A stretch of DNA of 64,000 nt from Phormidium sp. (GCA_051013385.1 CP143273.1:544001-608000), one strand, 5' to 3'. Shown: positions 49,693-60,391, counted from the stretch's first letter. Notes: generated by a model from the letters alone, not told the origin. Translations and numbers: made by a program.

Positions 49693-50162
49693 TTGTTCTG
49701 CCGAAGATTTGTTTGGAGACGCTAGCGGTCATTAGAGAGAGTGAGAGAGAGACAGTGGCAGATAATGCGACTGTCTTTTCTTTTAGTTCCCAAAATTTTG
49801 ATTGTTAAAGCTGGTATTTGCTTGGCAAAACTACTAGAGTAAATATAGAAAAGTAACCGTTTTCTCTCCAGAGATAGAGGCTTTTCCCAGGAAAAATTTT
49901 ATTGGCTACCAACCTAAAACAGGACAAAAAGCATTTTTTAGGAGACACGAGCCCGTAGAGACGTTGTATACAACGTCTGTACAGAAAACAGAATAATTTT
50001 CTTTCTCCTGTCTCCTGAGTTCTGTCTCCTGTCTTCTACCCTCATGCAACTATCCTGGCGAGAGAACGATAGCTATTGTAGTAACACAACGGAATATATT
50101 ATTTCTCAGCCTTATGCTGTCCAAAAAACATAAACTGAAAACCTACGGCGGAGGTCGCTACT

Positions 50163-50693
50163 ATGAATTTGAATCAAAAAATTACAGATACCGCCTGTGA
50201 TGCGGCGTTCACAGGAAAAGAAATTCATCCTTGGGATTCTGGCCCTGCGGTAGCAGAGTTGCAAGGACTTTTACGCGCTCACGGTTACACTATTAGAATT
50301 ATTGACGGAGACTTTGGTAGCTTGACAGAAGCCGCTGTCAGGTCATTTCAAAAAAAACACGGCTTAAGAATTAATGGCGTAGTCGGGCCGCAAACTTGGG
50401 CTGCTTTAAAATCTTCTGTGAAACCAGGAGCTCGTGTCCTCAGACAGGGGTACAGTGGTAGCGATGTATATGAATTACAAGGACTGTTGCAAGTCAATGG
50501 TTATGAGAGCAACCGAACTGGAATCTTTGATCGGAAGACTAAGTTAGCTATTAAGGACTTTCAACAAAAGCATAAATTAAAAGATAACGGCATCGTCAAT
50601 AGTATTACTTGGACATTATTGCGAGGCGGCTACCCTCAGCCTACTCCTTCTAAAGAGCCTTTTTGGTTATCCAATTTCCTGAAGTGGCGCTGA
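50163..50693 (+). CDS. Peptidoglycan-binding domain protein (two domains)
   Basis: DGDFGSLTEAAVRSFQ..GVVGPQTW, repeated. Confidence 0.9.
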   Translation: MNLNQKITDTACDAAFTGKEIHPWDSGPAVAELQGLLRAHGYTIRIIDGDFGSLTEAAVRSFQKKHGLRINGVVGPQTWAALKSSVKPGARVLRQGYSGSDVYELQGLLQVNGYESNRTGIFDRKTKLAIKDFQQKHKLKDNGIVNSITWTLLRGGYPQPTPSKEPFWLSNFLKWR

Positions 50694-50717
50694 GGTAGGT
50701 GCTCTTGGTGCAGGGGT

Positions 50718-50857
50718 GCTCCAGGAGCTCCAGGGGCTCCAGGGGCTCCTGGAGAATTTAAAACTTAAAACTCTCCAACTCTACAAAACTCAAAACTCAA
50801 AACTTAAAACTCTCCAACTCTACAAAACTCAAAACTCAAAACTCAAAACTCAAAACT
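50718..50857 (+). repeat. Simple repeats GGGGCTCCA and 7-mer AAAACTC
   Basis: Directly visible. Confidence 0.85.
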
Positions 50858-50934
50858 TTACTGAGCCTTCTGCCTTTATTTGATTTGAGCGCTTAAACTA
50901 GGCTAAGAGTTATTGTTAAAACCTTTGTTTAAGA

Positions 50935-52602
50935 ATGTCTGAAAAACACAAGTCTATTCACCTGTTGCTGATTACGGTACTTTGCTGTGGCTTTGCTGCG
51001 GTTGGGTGTTCTTCTTCGCCGTCGAACTCGACGAATGCTACAAGTTCTGGGCAACCTAGTAGTTCAACTGCTACGACACCTGTTCCTAGTACTGTTCCGG
51101 CTGATCCTAATACGCCGAGTATTGCACAATCTAGTCCAGGTACAACGGCTGGGAGTTCAAGTGTAGAAAGTATTCCTAATATTAGCCTACCAAGTAATAT
51201 TGACCAATCAGCTACAACAGCTGCTGCACCTGCGTCTGGTAGTGCGGCTGATTTTTATCAAAAGGGAATTGCTAGTGCTCAACAAGGGGATCTTAAAAGT
51301 GCGGAAGAGTCTTGGCGTAAGTCTATTGAATTAGATCCGAAAAATTCGGTAGTTCATACTAATTTGGGGGTGCTGTTGCAGCGTCAGGGTAAGTTGGATG
51401 ATGCGGCTTCTCAATATCGGGAAGCTTTGCGTCTGAAGCCTGATGATGTGGAGACGGTGATGAAGTTGGCTGTGGCTTTGGGTGAACAGAAGAAGTTTGA
51501 TGAGTCGATCGCGCAATCACAAACAGCTATTCGTTTGCAGCCGGATTTTGCACCTGCTCACATTGTTTTAGCTATAGCTTTGTCTGAGCAAGGTAAGGCT
51601 GATGAAGCGATCGCAAGTTTGAAAAAAGCTCAGGGTTTATGGCAGAAACAAGGGCGAACAGAACAAGCTGTCGGCGTGCAAGCTCAGTTGGCTAATTTGT
51701 TAGGAAAACAAGGTAAATTCGCTGAAGCTAGAACCGAAATTCAACAAGCTATTGCACTCAAACCTGATTTTGCTCCGGCTCATATTTTGTTAGCAGAAAT
51801 TGCTCTGCGAGAAAATAAACCAGAGGAAGCTATTAGTAGTTTGCAAAAGGCTAAGGATTTATTTAAAAAGCAAAAACAAAACGATCAATTAGCCGCTACT
51901 CAATGGCAGTTGGCAATGCTCTTGGGAAGACAAAAAAAATTCGCCCAAGCTGGTACTCAAGCCAGAGAACTGTTGCGATTAAAGCCAGATTTTGCTCCGG
52001 CATATATGTTGGTGTCGGAAGTTGCCGTGCAACAAGGTAAACCAGCAGAAGCTGTCACTAATTTGCAAAAGGCTAGGGATTTGTGGAAAAAACAGCAACA
52101 AAATGACCAATTAGCAGCTACTCAAATGCAGTTGGCAGCGGTTTTGGCACAGCAAAAAAAATACTCGGAAGCTAGCACCCAAGTCAGAGAAGTGTTGCAG
52201 TTAAAGCCAGATTTTGCTCCCGCACATCTTTTGGTGTCGGAAATTGCTCTGCGACAAGGTAAACCAGCGGAGGCTGTAACTAGTTTGCAAAAGGCTAAGG
52301 ATTTGTTTAAAAAACAACAACAAAATGACCAATTAGCAGCGACTCAAATGCAGTTGGCTGTGGTTTTTGGACAGCAAAAGAAATACTCGGAAGCTAGTGC
52401 GGAAGCTAGAGAATTGTTACAATTAAAGCCAGATTTTGCTCCGGCTTATTTGGTATTAGGGGAAGTGGCAAAAGTCCAAAGTAATAATAGTGAGGCGATC
52501 GCTAATTTCCAAAAGGCTAAAGACTTATTTTCAAATCAGGGCAGAAATGAGGAAGCACAAAAAATTGATACCATGATCCAACAACTGAACACAAAGCAGT
52601 AA
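50935..52602 (+). CDS. TPR-repeat lipoprotein with S/T/P-rich linker
   Basis: AVGC lipobox; repeated LKPDFAPA TPR pairs. Confidence 0.9.
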   Translation: MSEKHKSIHLLLITVLCCGFAAVGCSSSPSNSTNATSSGQPSSSTATTPVPSTVPADPNTPSIAQSSPGTTAGSSSVESIPNISLPSNIDQSATTAAAPASGSAADFYQKGIASAQQGDLKSAEESWRKSIELDPKNSVVHTNLGVLLQRQGKLDDAASQYREALRLKPDDVETVMKLAVALGEQKKFDESIAQSQTAIRLQPDFAPAHIVLAIALSEQGKADEAIASLKKAQGLWQKQGRTEQAVGVQAQLANLLGKQGKFAEARTEIQQAIALKPDFAPAHILLAEIALRENKPEEAISSLQKAKDLFKKQKQNDQLAATQWQLAMLLGRQKKFAQAGTQARELLRLKPDFAPAYMLVSEVAVQQGKPAEAVTNLQKARDLWKKQQQNDQLAATQMQLAAVLAQQKKYSEASTQVREVLQLKPDFAPAHLLVSEIALRQGKPAEAVTSLQKAKDLFKKQQQNDQLAATQMQLAVVFGQQKKYSEASAEARELLQLKPDFAPAYLVLGEVAKVQSNNSEAIANFQKAKDLFSNQGRNEEAQKIDTMIQQLNTKQ

Positions 52603-52605
52603 TTT

Positions 52606-53352
52606 ATGTCGATTCAAGCAGGCAAAGTCTATATTGTTGGTGCAGGCCCAGGTGATTTAGATTACTTGACGGTGCGGGCACAAAAAGTGTTAATGCAAGC
52701 GGAAGTTTTAGTGTATGATGCTTTGGTGGATGCTCAACTTTTACAGTTAGTACCAACAAATTGTTGCCTGTTTGATGTGGGAAAACGTGGCGGGAAACCC
52801 AGCACAAAACAAGCTGAAATTAATTGCTTGCTAGTGGAAAAATGTCAGGAAGGAAAACAAGTAGTCCGGCTAAAAAGTGGCGATCCGTTTATTTTTGGTC
52901 GCACTACTTCGGAAATTCAAGCGTTGAAAAGTTCTGGTTGTAGTTTTGAAGTTATACCAGGTATTTCTTCGGCTTTAGCCGCACCTTTATTAGCCGGAAT
53001 TCCTTTGACCGATCCCGTGTTAAGTCGCTGTTTTGCCGTGTTTAGCGCCCATGAACCAGATGAGTTGGATTGGGAGGCAATCTCTCGGATGGAAACTTTG
53101 GTGATTTTAATGGGGGGGAGAAATCTTGGGGAAATTGTGAATAGGTTGCTGAGGTTTGGTCGATCGCCAAAAACCCCGATCGCCGTAATTCGTTGGGCGG
53201 GACATCCCGAACAACAAGTTTGGACAGCAGAACTGCAAAATGTCGTTCAGGTAACAGCTAATTTTTCTCTTTCGCCAGCAGTAATAGTAATCGGTGAGGT
53301 TGTAGGGTTACACCCCTATTTGCAAAGTGTTGATTCAGATCATATATTGTGA
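52606..53352 (+). CDS. cobA: Uroporphyrinogen-III C-methyltransferase
   Basis: VGAGPGD, VVRLKSGDPFIFGR, IPGISS. Confidence 0.95.
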   Translation: MSIQAGKVYIVGAGPGDLDYLTVRAQKVLMQAEVLVYDALVDAQLLQLVPTNCCLFDVGKRGGKPSTKQAEINCLLVEKCQEGKQVVRLKSGDPFIFGRTTSEIQALKSSGCSFEVIPGISSALAAPLLAGIPLTDPVLSRCFAVFSAHEPDELDWEAISRMETLVILMGGRNLGEIVNRLLRFGRSPKTPIAVIRWAGHPEQQVWTAELQNVVQVTANFSLSPAVIVIGEVVGLHPYLQSVDSDHIL

Positions 53353-53408
53353 TCGCAGATTCAGTTAAACTGCTTAATTATCAAGATTGATCTGGAACTA
53401 ATAAAAAC

Positions 53409-54242
53409 GTGAATAATATTGACCCAGAACTTCCTTTGACAGGCACGACTATACTAGTAACTCGTGCGGCTGGACAATCAAGTGAGTTTTGCCAATTGTT
53501 GCAACAGCAAGGGGCAGTAGCGATCGAAATGCCCGCTTTAGAAATTACTCCTCCTTCGAGTTGGTTTGCTTTGGATGAAGCGATCGCCAATTTACACACT
53601 TTTGATTGGTTAATTCTCACTTCTACTAACGGTGTAGATTACTTCTTTCGTCGATTGCAAGATAAAGGACAAAATCCGCAAATTTTAAAGAAAGTAAAAA
53701 TTGCGGTTGTAGGAAAAAAAACTGCGGGATCTCTAGCACAATATGGCTTATCTCCTGACTTTATTCCGCCTGATTTTGTGGCAGATTCTTTAGTAGAACA
53801 TTTTCCAGAAGAGTTACCAAACCAACAGATTCTTTTTCCCAGAGTGGAAACAGGCGGGAGGGAAGTTTTAGTCCAAGAATTAACCGCTAAAGGTGCAAAA
53901 GTAGAAGAAGTTCCCGCTTATCAATCCGGTTGCCCTAGTTCAATTGCACCAGAAATTTTACAAGCATTACAGCAGAAATCTATAGATATCGTTAGTTTTG
54001 CTAGCTCCAAAACTGTGCAATGTTTTTATCAATTAGTCAAAGATAAATTAACATTAGATAAGTTACAAGAAATTACTGTGGCTTCCATTGGCCCCCAAAC
54101 CTCGAAAACTTGTCAACAGCTATTAGGAAAAGTTGACATAGAAGCAACAGAATACACCCTGGGTGGATTAAGTGAAGCAATTGTTAAATGGGTGATAAAT
54201 AAACGGGTTATTGCTGAGAGAAGCAAAAATACTTATTATTAA
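53409..54242 (+). CDS. hemD: Uroporphyrinogen-III synthase
   Basis: ILVTRA, LTSTNGV, FASSKTV, SIGPQT. Confidence 0.93.
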   Translation: MNNIDPELPLTGTTILVTRAAGQSSEFCQLLQQQGAVAIEMPALEITPPSSWFALDEAIANLHTFDWLILTSTNGVDYFFRRLQDKGQNPQILKKVKIAVVGKKTAGSLAQYGLSPDFIPPDFVADSLVEHFPEELPNQQILFPRVETGGREVLVQELTAKGAKVEEVPAYQSGCPSSIAPEILQALQQKSIDIVSFASSKTVQCFYQLVKDKLTLDKLQEITVASIGPQTSKTCQQLLGKVDIEATEYTLGGLSEAIVKWVINKRVIAERSKNTYY

Positions 54243-54283
54243 TCAGTAAGGGTTATGATAAAGATATTAGCGATCGCAAAGCA

Positions 54284-57022
54284 ATGGAAATTAGCCTGTC
54301 AGATAGTAACAATATACTTAGGGCATTAATAGAAGGCACTACGGATGCTATTTTTATTAAAGATATTGCCGGAAAATATCTATTTGTAAATTCTACAACT
54401 GCCCAAATTTTAGGTAAGCCAGCCGGAGAAATTATTGGCAAGGATGATAGAGAAATTTTTGCCTTAGAAACAGCGAGAATAATCATGGAAAATGACCGCA
54501 GAATTATTAGCAGCGGTAAGTCGGAAACGGTAGAGGAAATTATTTCTATTAACAACAACACGCAGGTATATCTGGCAACAAAAAATGTCTATCGAAATTC
54601 ACAAGGAGAAATTATTGGTTTAATTGGAATATCACGGGAGATTACAGACCGCAAAGAAGCAGAAAAAGAACGGTTAGAATTACTGAGAAAATTAAGCCTT
54701 GAAAGTGAAGATTTAACTGCGCTGAGTAAAGTAACAGCTAATGCAGTTAGTACATTAAATTTAGGCGAATTACTAAATGTCTTGCTTCAGCGAATTGTAG
54801 AAGTAATTAAAGCAGATACAGGCGTAATTTTGCTCAAAGAAGGCGATCGCCTCTGGGTGAGGGCTACCATTGGGATTGAAGAAGAACTGCGAGCGGGATT
54901 TAGTGTAGCGATCGGTCAAGGTTTTGCTGGTACTATTGCCGCTTCTCATCAACCACTGTATATAGAAAATGTCCAAGCAAATCCGCTGATAATTAGCCCA
55001 ATTTTAAAAAAACTGAATATTCAGACAATGATGGGTGTACCTTTAAAACGGAATGGGAATTTAGTGGGAGTGCTGCACGTAGATTGGTTTAATAATCATC
55101 CCTTTAGCGATCGAGAATTTCATCTATTAGAAATTACCGCCGAACGCTGTGCAATGGCAATTATTAATGCTCAACTTTATGAGCAAACTAAACAATTACA
55201 AGAACGGTTGCAACTGCAAATCGATCGAATGCCTATAGGTTGTATTCTCAGAGATCGAGACTTTCGGATTATAGATTGGAATCCCGCCGCAGAAAAAATA
55301 TTTGGTTATAGCAAACAAGAAGTATTAGATAAATACCTGGAACACTTAATTACTTCCCCTTCCGCTAGAGGTTTTTTGCAACAAATTCACCAGCAGTTAG
55401 CGGCTGGAGAAATTACAGATCATAGTTTAATGGAAAACATTACTAAAGATGGTCGGACAATTACTTGCGAGTGGCATAACACACCGTTAAAAGATGCTAA
55501 TAATCAAATTGTTAACTATCTGACAATGGTACAAGATGTCAGCGAACGCAAACAAGCAGAAGAAAAATTGCAACGTTATGCTTATTATGATTTAATTACT
55601 GGATTGCCAAATCGCACTTTATTTTTAAAACGACTTAAAGAAACTATTCACTTAGCAAAACATCAGGAAAACAGTTTATTTGCTGTATTATTTTTGAACC
55701 TAGACCGCTTTCAAATGGTTAAATTTAGTTTGGGGCATCATTTAGCCGCTCGCTTGCTGATCACTGCTGCTCAACGAATTCAAAATTGTTTACAAAATAG
55801 AAACTTCTCATTTTTTGATGTTGATTTAGAATCAAATTTAATCGAGGATAACCAAACCTCACAGAAGCCAACTTTCGCGATAAATAATACTTCCAAGAAT
55901 CCCCAGAAATCAAGAAAAGCAATGGTAGCACAAGTAGGATTAGATGAGTTTGCTATCTTGTTAACAAACTTGGGAGAAACTAGCAACGCAACTCAACTTG
56001 CCGAGCAAATTTACCAAGCACTCAGCTATCCTTTCGATCTTGACGGACAGGAAGTTTTTATTACTACTAGTATTGGCATTGCATTCAGTTATGTCGGTTA
56101 TGAACAACCAGAAGATTACCTGCGTGCTGCTGATACAGCCATGCACCAAACTAAACAATTAAGTAAAACTCGTTATGCAGTTTTTGAACCTGGATGGCAA
56201 ACTCAAGCCGTAGAACGCTTGCAGTTAGAAACAGATTTAAGACGAGCGATCGAACGTCAAGAATTTCAAGTTTACTATCAACCAATAGTCTCAATTAAAA
56301 ATGGCAAATTAATTGGTTTTGAAGCCTTAGTCCGTTGGTATCACGCCAGTAGAGGTTGGGTTTCACCAGTAGAATTTATTCCCCTAGCCGAAGAAACCGG
56401 ATTAATTAGTTTAATCGATCGGTATGTACTAAAAGAAGCTTGTTGCCAAATGGTGAATTGGAAACAGAAATTTCCGCAAAAATTCCCCTTAACAATTAGT
56501 GTCAATCTCTCCGCTGCTCAATTAGCACAATTGGGATTAATAGAACGCATCGACCAAATTTTACAAGAAACTGGAATTAACCGAGAAAGTTTGAAAATAG
56601 AAATTACAGAAAGTAGCTTGACGGGAAACTCTACTTCCGAAACAGCCATGTTGCAACAATTAAAAACTTTGGGAATTCAGCTTTCAATAGATGACTTTGG
56701 TACAGGCTACTCTTCTTTAGCAAGGTTGCATCAACTACCAATTGATACTTTGAAAATCGATCGATCCTTTGTCAATCAAATGGCTTTTGATATCGAAAGC
56801 TTAGAAATTGTCCGCACCATCATTTCTTTAGCTCACATTTTAGACATGGATGTGATTGCCGAAGGAGTAGAAACCACCGAACAACTCCTACAATTGCAAT
56901 CTTTAGAATGTGAATATAGTCAGGGTTTCTTGTTTTCTCGACCTGTCGATCGCCAAACAGCAGAAAGATTAATCTCTTCTAACGGTCACTTTGTCTGGGA
57001 AAATCCAAATAATCAACAATGA
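54284..57022 (+). CDS. PAS-GAF-PAS-GGDEF(degenerate)-EAL protein, likely c-di-GMP phosphodiesterase
   Basis: DLITGLPNR, GLDEF in place of GGDEF, FEALVRW, IDDFGTGYSS, AEGVE. Confidence 0.92.
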   Translation: MEISLSDSNNILRALIEGTTDAIFIKDIAGKYLFVNSTTAQILGKPAGEIIGKDDREIFALETARIIMENDRRIISSGKSETVEEIISINNNTQVYLATKNVYRNSQGEIIGLIGISREITDRKEAEKERLELLRKLSLESEDLTALSKVTANAVSTLNLGELLNVLLQRIVEVIKADTGVILLKEGDRLWVRATIGIEEELRAGFSVAIGQGFAGTIAASHQPLYIENVQANPLIISPILKKLNIQTMMGVPLKRNGNLVGVLHVDWFNNHPFSDREFHLLEITAERCAMAIINAQLYEQTKQLQERLQLQIDRMPIGCILRDRDFRIIDWNPAAEKIFGYSKQEVLDKYLEHLITSPSARGFLQQIHQQLAAGEITDHSLMENITKDGRTITCEWHNTPLKDANNQIVNYLTMVQDVSERKQAEEKLQRYAYYDLITGLPNRTLFLKRLKETIHLAKHQENSLFAVLFLNLDRFQMVKFSLGHHLAARLLITAAQRIQNCLQNRNFSFFDVDLESNLIEDNQTSQKPTFAINNTSKNPQKSRKAMVAQVGLDEFAILLTNLGETSNATQLAEQIYQALSYPFDLDGQEVFITTSIGIAFSYVGYEQPEDYLRAADTAMHQTKQLSKTRYAVFEPGWQTQAVERLQLETDLRRAIERQEFQVYYQPIVSIKNGKLIGFEALVRWYHASRGWVSPVEFIPLAEETGLISLIDRYVLKEACCQMVNWKQKFPQKFPLTISVNLSAAQLAQLGLIERIDQILQETGINRESLKIEITESSLTGNSTSETAMLQQLKTLGIQLSIDDFGTGYSSLARLHQLPIDTLKIDRSFVNQMAFDIESLEIVRTIISLAHILDMDVIAEGVETTEQLLQLQSLECEYSQGFLFSRPVDRQTAERLISSNGHFVWENPNNQQ

Positions 57023-57066
57023 ACAAATATTTATCTTCCTAACTATCATAATTATAATTAAGTTTG

Positions 57067-57253
57067 TAAGTAGGTAGATCTAAATAAAGTAAAACCAAGG
57101 CGGGCAAGATGCCCACCCCACAAAATTTTCAGCTTTCTTGTGGGGTAGGCAGGATGCCCACCCCACAAAATTTTCAGCTTTCTTGTGGGGTAGGCATCCT
57201 GCCTGCCCCATTGATAGATAACTATTTTTACTTTATTTATTGGCACCTACTTA
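57067..57253. mobile_element. MITE-like element (TAAGTAGGT..AAATAAAGTAAAA termini) containing tandem REP-like palindromes
   Basis: Imperfect TIRs with TA at both ends. Confidence 0.7.
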
Positions 57254-57293
57254 GTAGCGACTTTAGTCGTATATTCCGCGCATAATAGGACTA

Positions 57294-57414
57294 CTCAGAT
57301 TTTGCACCATTCTCAACAAGCCTGGAAAAACCGGGTTTCTTGACGGAAAATATAAGGTTTCAGGGTTAGCTATTTGCAAGAAACCCGGTTTTTAGCCCTG
57401 GTGCAAGATCTGAG
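57294..57414. mobile_element. MITE with CTCAGATTTTGCACCA TIR and ACTA duplication
   Basis: Same TIR family as 14402-14506; interrupts a GACTAAAGTC REP arm. Confidence 0.8.
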
Positions 57415-57451
57415 ACTAAAGTCCTCACAACGAACCAGGTTTATTACTATC

Positions 57452-58039
57452 ATGACTCAGCGTAAAATTGGTATAACTGGCGGTATTAGTACTGGCAAAA
57501 CAACAGTTTCAAACTATTTAGCCAACACTTACAATTTACCAATTTTAGATGCAGATATTTATGCCCGTGAAGCCGTACAAATTGGTTCCTCAATTTTAAA
57601 CAAAATTACTCAACGTTACGGAACCGAAATCCTTTTACCTGATGGTGCATTAAATCGGCAAAAATTAGGAGAAATAATTTTCCGTGACAATGAAGAACGC
57701 ATTTGGTTAGAACAACAAATACATCCTTATGTCAGACAACGCTTTGCAGAAGCAATGAATCAATTACCATCAAACAGCACAGTTGTCTTAGTCATTCCTC
57801 TACTATTTGAAGCAAAATTAACTGGGTTAGTCACAGAAATTTGGGTAGTATTTGTTGATGAACAACAACAAATAGAACGATTAATGCAGCGAAATAATTT
57901 AACATTGGAACAAGCGAAAGCTAGAATTAGTAGTCAAATGTCACTCGCGGAAAAATGCCAAAAAGCTGATGTAATTTTAGATAATTCTGGCAGCTTGTCA
58001 TACCTTTATCAACAAATAGATGCTGCATTAACCTCTTAA
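57452..58039 (+). CDS. coaE: Dephospho-CoA kinase
   Basis: IGITGGISTGKT, DAD, IHPYV, IPLLFE; the ORF extension to 57374 is MITE sequence. Confidence 0.96.
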   Translation: MTQRKIGITGGISTGKTTVSNYLANTYNLPILDADIYAREAVQIGSSILNKITQRYGTEILLPDGALNRQKLGEIIFRDNEERIWLEQQIHPYVRQRFAEAMNQLPSNSTVVLVIPLLFEAKLTGLVTEIWVVFVDEQQQIERLMQRNNLTLEQAKARISSQMSLAEKCQKADVILDNSGSLSYLYQQIDAALTS

Positions 58040-58693
58040 CCTTTCGACAAAAGCTCGATGTTCAGATGTTGCTAAACCCATTTGTAACACCGACTGAACT
58101 TCAACCAAATTGCCAGCTATTAAAGCCGGAACTGCTAACCATAAACCGGGAAAAACTTCACTTTTAATTGTTCCGGTTGCATCCCTTGGTAAAACAATAT
58201 ATTCTCCTTCCCTTAACCGAAACCAATCAATTTTTTTCTCGTTCACTTGCCATACTAAATATTCTTGCACTTGGTTGCGACGATAAACTCTTAATTTATC
58301 TCGTAAATCATAAGAAGCGCTACTCGCAGCTATTTCAGCAATGAATTCTGGCGCTCCTTCTAAATAATCATCTTCACTAATAATTGTTTGTCCACCATGA
58401 TCAATTCTTAATAGTGCATCAGGTTGAGGTTCATTATCAGCATCAAGACGAACTGTAGTATTATCAAATAATCCAACTCCCGGTGTAGCCGTCCAGTAAG
58501 TTCCTAACCAAGTCATAATTCCAGCATGAGGTTGACCGTGAGTTACCCGAACTGGCGATCCCATATAAACTACTCCTTCAATTAATTCCGCTTTTTTCAA
58601 ATTAGGCATTGTTTGGTAGCGTCGTTCAAATTCAGCACGAGTTAAACGATCGCCATTTTCCAAAGGCAAAATTTTCGCCATTATTTCAGTCAT
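58028..58693 (-). CDS. Uma2-family endonuclease
   Basis: LENGDRLTRAEFERRY, EPQPD, EIAASS, FPGLWL. Confidence 0.93.
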   Translation of the reverse strand: MTEIMAKILPLENGDRLTRAEFERRYQTMPNLKKAELIEGVVYMGSPVRVTHGQPHAGIMTWLGTYWTATPGVGLFDNTTVRLDADNEPQPDALLRIDHGGQTIISEDDYLEGAPEFIAEIAASSASYDLRDKLRVYRRNQVQEYLVWQVNEKKIDWFRLREGEYIVLPRDATGTIKSEVFPGLWLAVPALIAGNLVEVQSVLQMGLATSEHRAFVERLRG

Positions 58694-58788
58694 AATTCAA
58701 CCTCCAATTAAAAGAAATAGTAATCAACCCGGTTCGTTGTGACGACTTTAGTCCTTCTAGCTGACAAAGAAACGACTAAAGTCGTCAC

Positions 58789-58892
58789 TAGGACTTACGC
58801 ATAAAAACCCGGTTTCTCAACAAAATCGTTGGTTTAGATGAGCAAGGTTAACGCTCTAAACCGGGTTTTTGACCCACGCTGCGTAAGTCCTG
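58789..58892. mobile_element. MITE with AGGACTTACGCA TIR and GTCAC duplication, inserted in a REP
   Basis: TIRs visible; GTCAC at 58784-58788 and 58893-58897; uninterrupted sister REP at 58922-58983. Confidence 0.8.
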
Positions 58893-58993
58893 GTCACAAC
58901 AAACCTCATGCTCAACCCGTTTCGTTGTGAGGACTTTAGTCCTTCTAACTGACAAAGAAACGACTAAAGTCGGCACAACAAACTTAATATTAA

Positions 58994-60391
58994 TTACGCT
59001 GCTTCTCCGCCGACAATTACATTTTTAATTCGCAAAGAAGGGCCACCGCAACCTACAGGTAAACCACTTTGTCCACCTTTACCACAACCGCCGGACTCAT
59101 CCCAGTAAAAATCATCGCCGATCGCTTCAATATCAGCCAAAGTACTAAACACATTTCCTGAAAGAGTCACATCGCGCACAGGTTCAGCAATTTCTCCATT
59201 GCGGATCATCCAAGCTTCCCCAGCACTAAAAGTAAACATTTCTCCATTCGTCATTCCCCCCAACCAATTACGTGCATAAACCCCTTCTTTGATATCAGCA
59301 AATAAATCCTTAACAGGTGTTTTTCCCGGTTCAATCCAAGTATTAGTCATCCGCACTAATGGGGGATAATGATAATTTAAACACCGGGCATTTCCCGTCG
59401 CAGTTTCTCCCAGTTTGCCTGCGGTTTCACGAGAATGCAATCTACCGACTAAAACGCCATCTTTAATTAATTGCGTAGTAGTTGCTGGAACACCTTCATC
59501 ATCGTAAAAATAGCTACCTCGATGTCCTTCTGGGGCTGCACCATCAAAAATTTGCAATTCTTTTGGCCCAAATCTGCGTCCGATCGTCATTACTTCCAAC
59601 AAGTCAGGATTTTCATAAGTCATATCTGCTTCCGAAAGATGACCAAAAGCTTCATGAACAAACAACCCGCTTAAAATCGGGTCAATCACCACCGTGTAAG
59701 TGTTACCTTTAACTGGAGGTAAAGCTAAGGCATCAACGGCGCGTTGTGCAGCACTTTTAACTTGGGAATCTAAACCAATTAAATCTTCATAAGCTTTGCG
59801 CGATCCTGTAGTTTCCCGACCAGTTTGTACGGTGTCTCCATTTCTCGCAGTAGCAGCAAAGCGCATTTCCATATCCACCCAAGATTGTTCTAGCATGGTG
59901 CCTTCGGAAGTAGCGAGAATCACTCGTTGGGCATTGTCACCATAACGGACTGAAGTAGTAGTAATCCGTTTATCTAGGCTACGGAGAATTTCTGTGTAGC
60001 GATCGCACAACTCTTTCTTTTGGGCTAAAGAAATTTGGCGCGGATCGGTCCCAGTTAAAGGTAAACTGCAAACATCCTGCACTGCTTGAATCGGTGCCAG
60101 AATTGTCTCTTCTTCCCCTACCATTCTGGCAGCTGCGATCGCTTCCTCCACCCGTTCTTTGAGCGTTGAAAGTTTATTAAAGCTAGCAAAACCCCAACCC
60201 CCCTTGTAACAAGCTCTCACCTGTCCCCCAAGCGAGATCCCTTGGGAAAGGGTTTCTATCTTATCCGCTCGCAGTAAAATCTCAGTCCCTTCCGATTCTT
60301 CCAGCCGAATCGCCAAATAGTCAACTTGCGATCGATAACGAGCAATCAAATCAGAAAGCAGGTTTTTCCCATTGATCAGTAAAGTCTGCAT
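58994..60391 (-). CDS. tldD: TldD-family metalloprotease
   Basis: HEAFGH, YDDEG, RMTNT, CGKGGQ. Confidence 0.9.
   Translation of the reverse strand: MQTLLINGKNLLSDLIARYRSQVDYLAIRLEESEGTEILLRADKIETLSQGISLGGQVRACYKGGWGFASFNKLSTLKERVEEAIAAARMVGEEETILAPIQAVQDVCSLPLTGTDPRQISLAQKKELCDRYTEILRSLDKRITTTSVRYGDNAQRVILATSEGTMLEQSWVDMEMRFAATARNGDTVQTGRETTGSRKAYEDLIGLDSQVKSAAQRAVDALALPPVKGNTYTVVIDPILSGLFVHEAFGHLSEADMTYENPDLLEVMTIGRRFGPKELQIFDGAAPEGHRGSYFYDDEGVPATTTQLIKDGVLVGRLHSRETAGKLGETATGNARCLNYHYPPLVRMTNTWIEPGKTPVKDLFADIKEGVYARNWLGGMTNGEMFTFSAGEAWMIRNGEIAEPVRDVTLSGNVFSTLADIEAIGDDFYWDESGGCGKGGQSGLPVGCGGPSLRIKNVIVGGEAA

Noticed and set aside
52606..54242. cobA/hemD as a frameshifted fusion pseudogene
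   Set aside because: Both halves are complete, a stop lies upstream in the hemD frame and a GTG start is available, so two separate genes is the simpler reading.
57058..57451. ORF 57058-57246 and the coaE extension from 57374
   Set aside because: Both lie within MITE/REP sequence.
58994..60391. TldD as maturation protease for the Nif11 peptide
   Set aside because: It is 29 kb away in a housekeeping context with no linking evidence.
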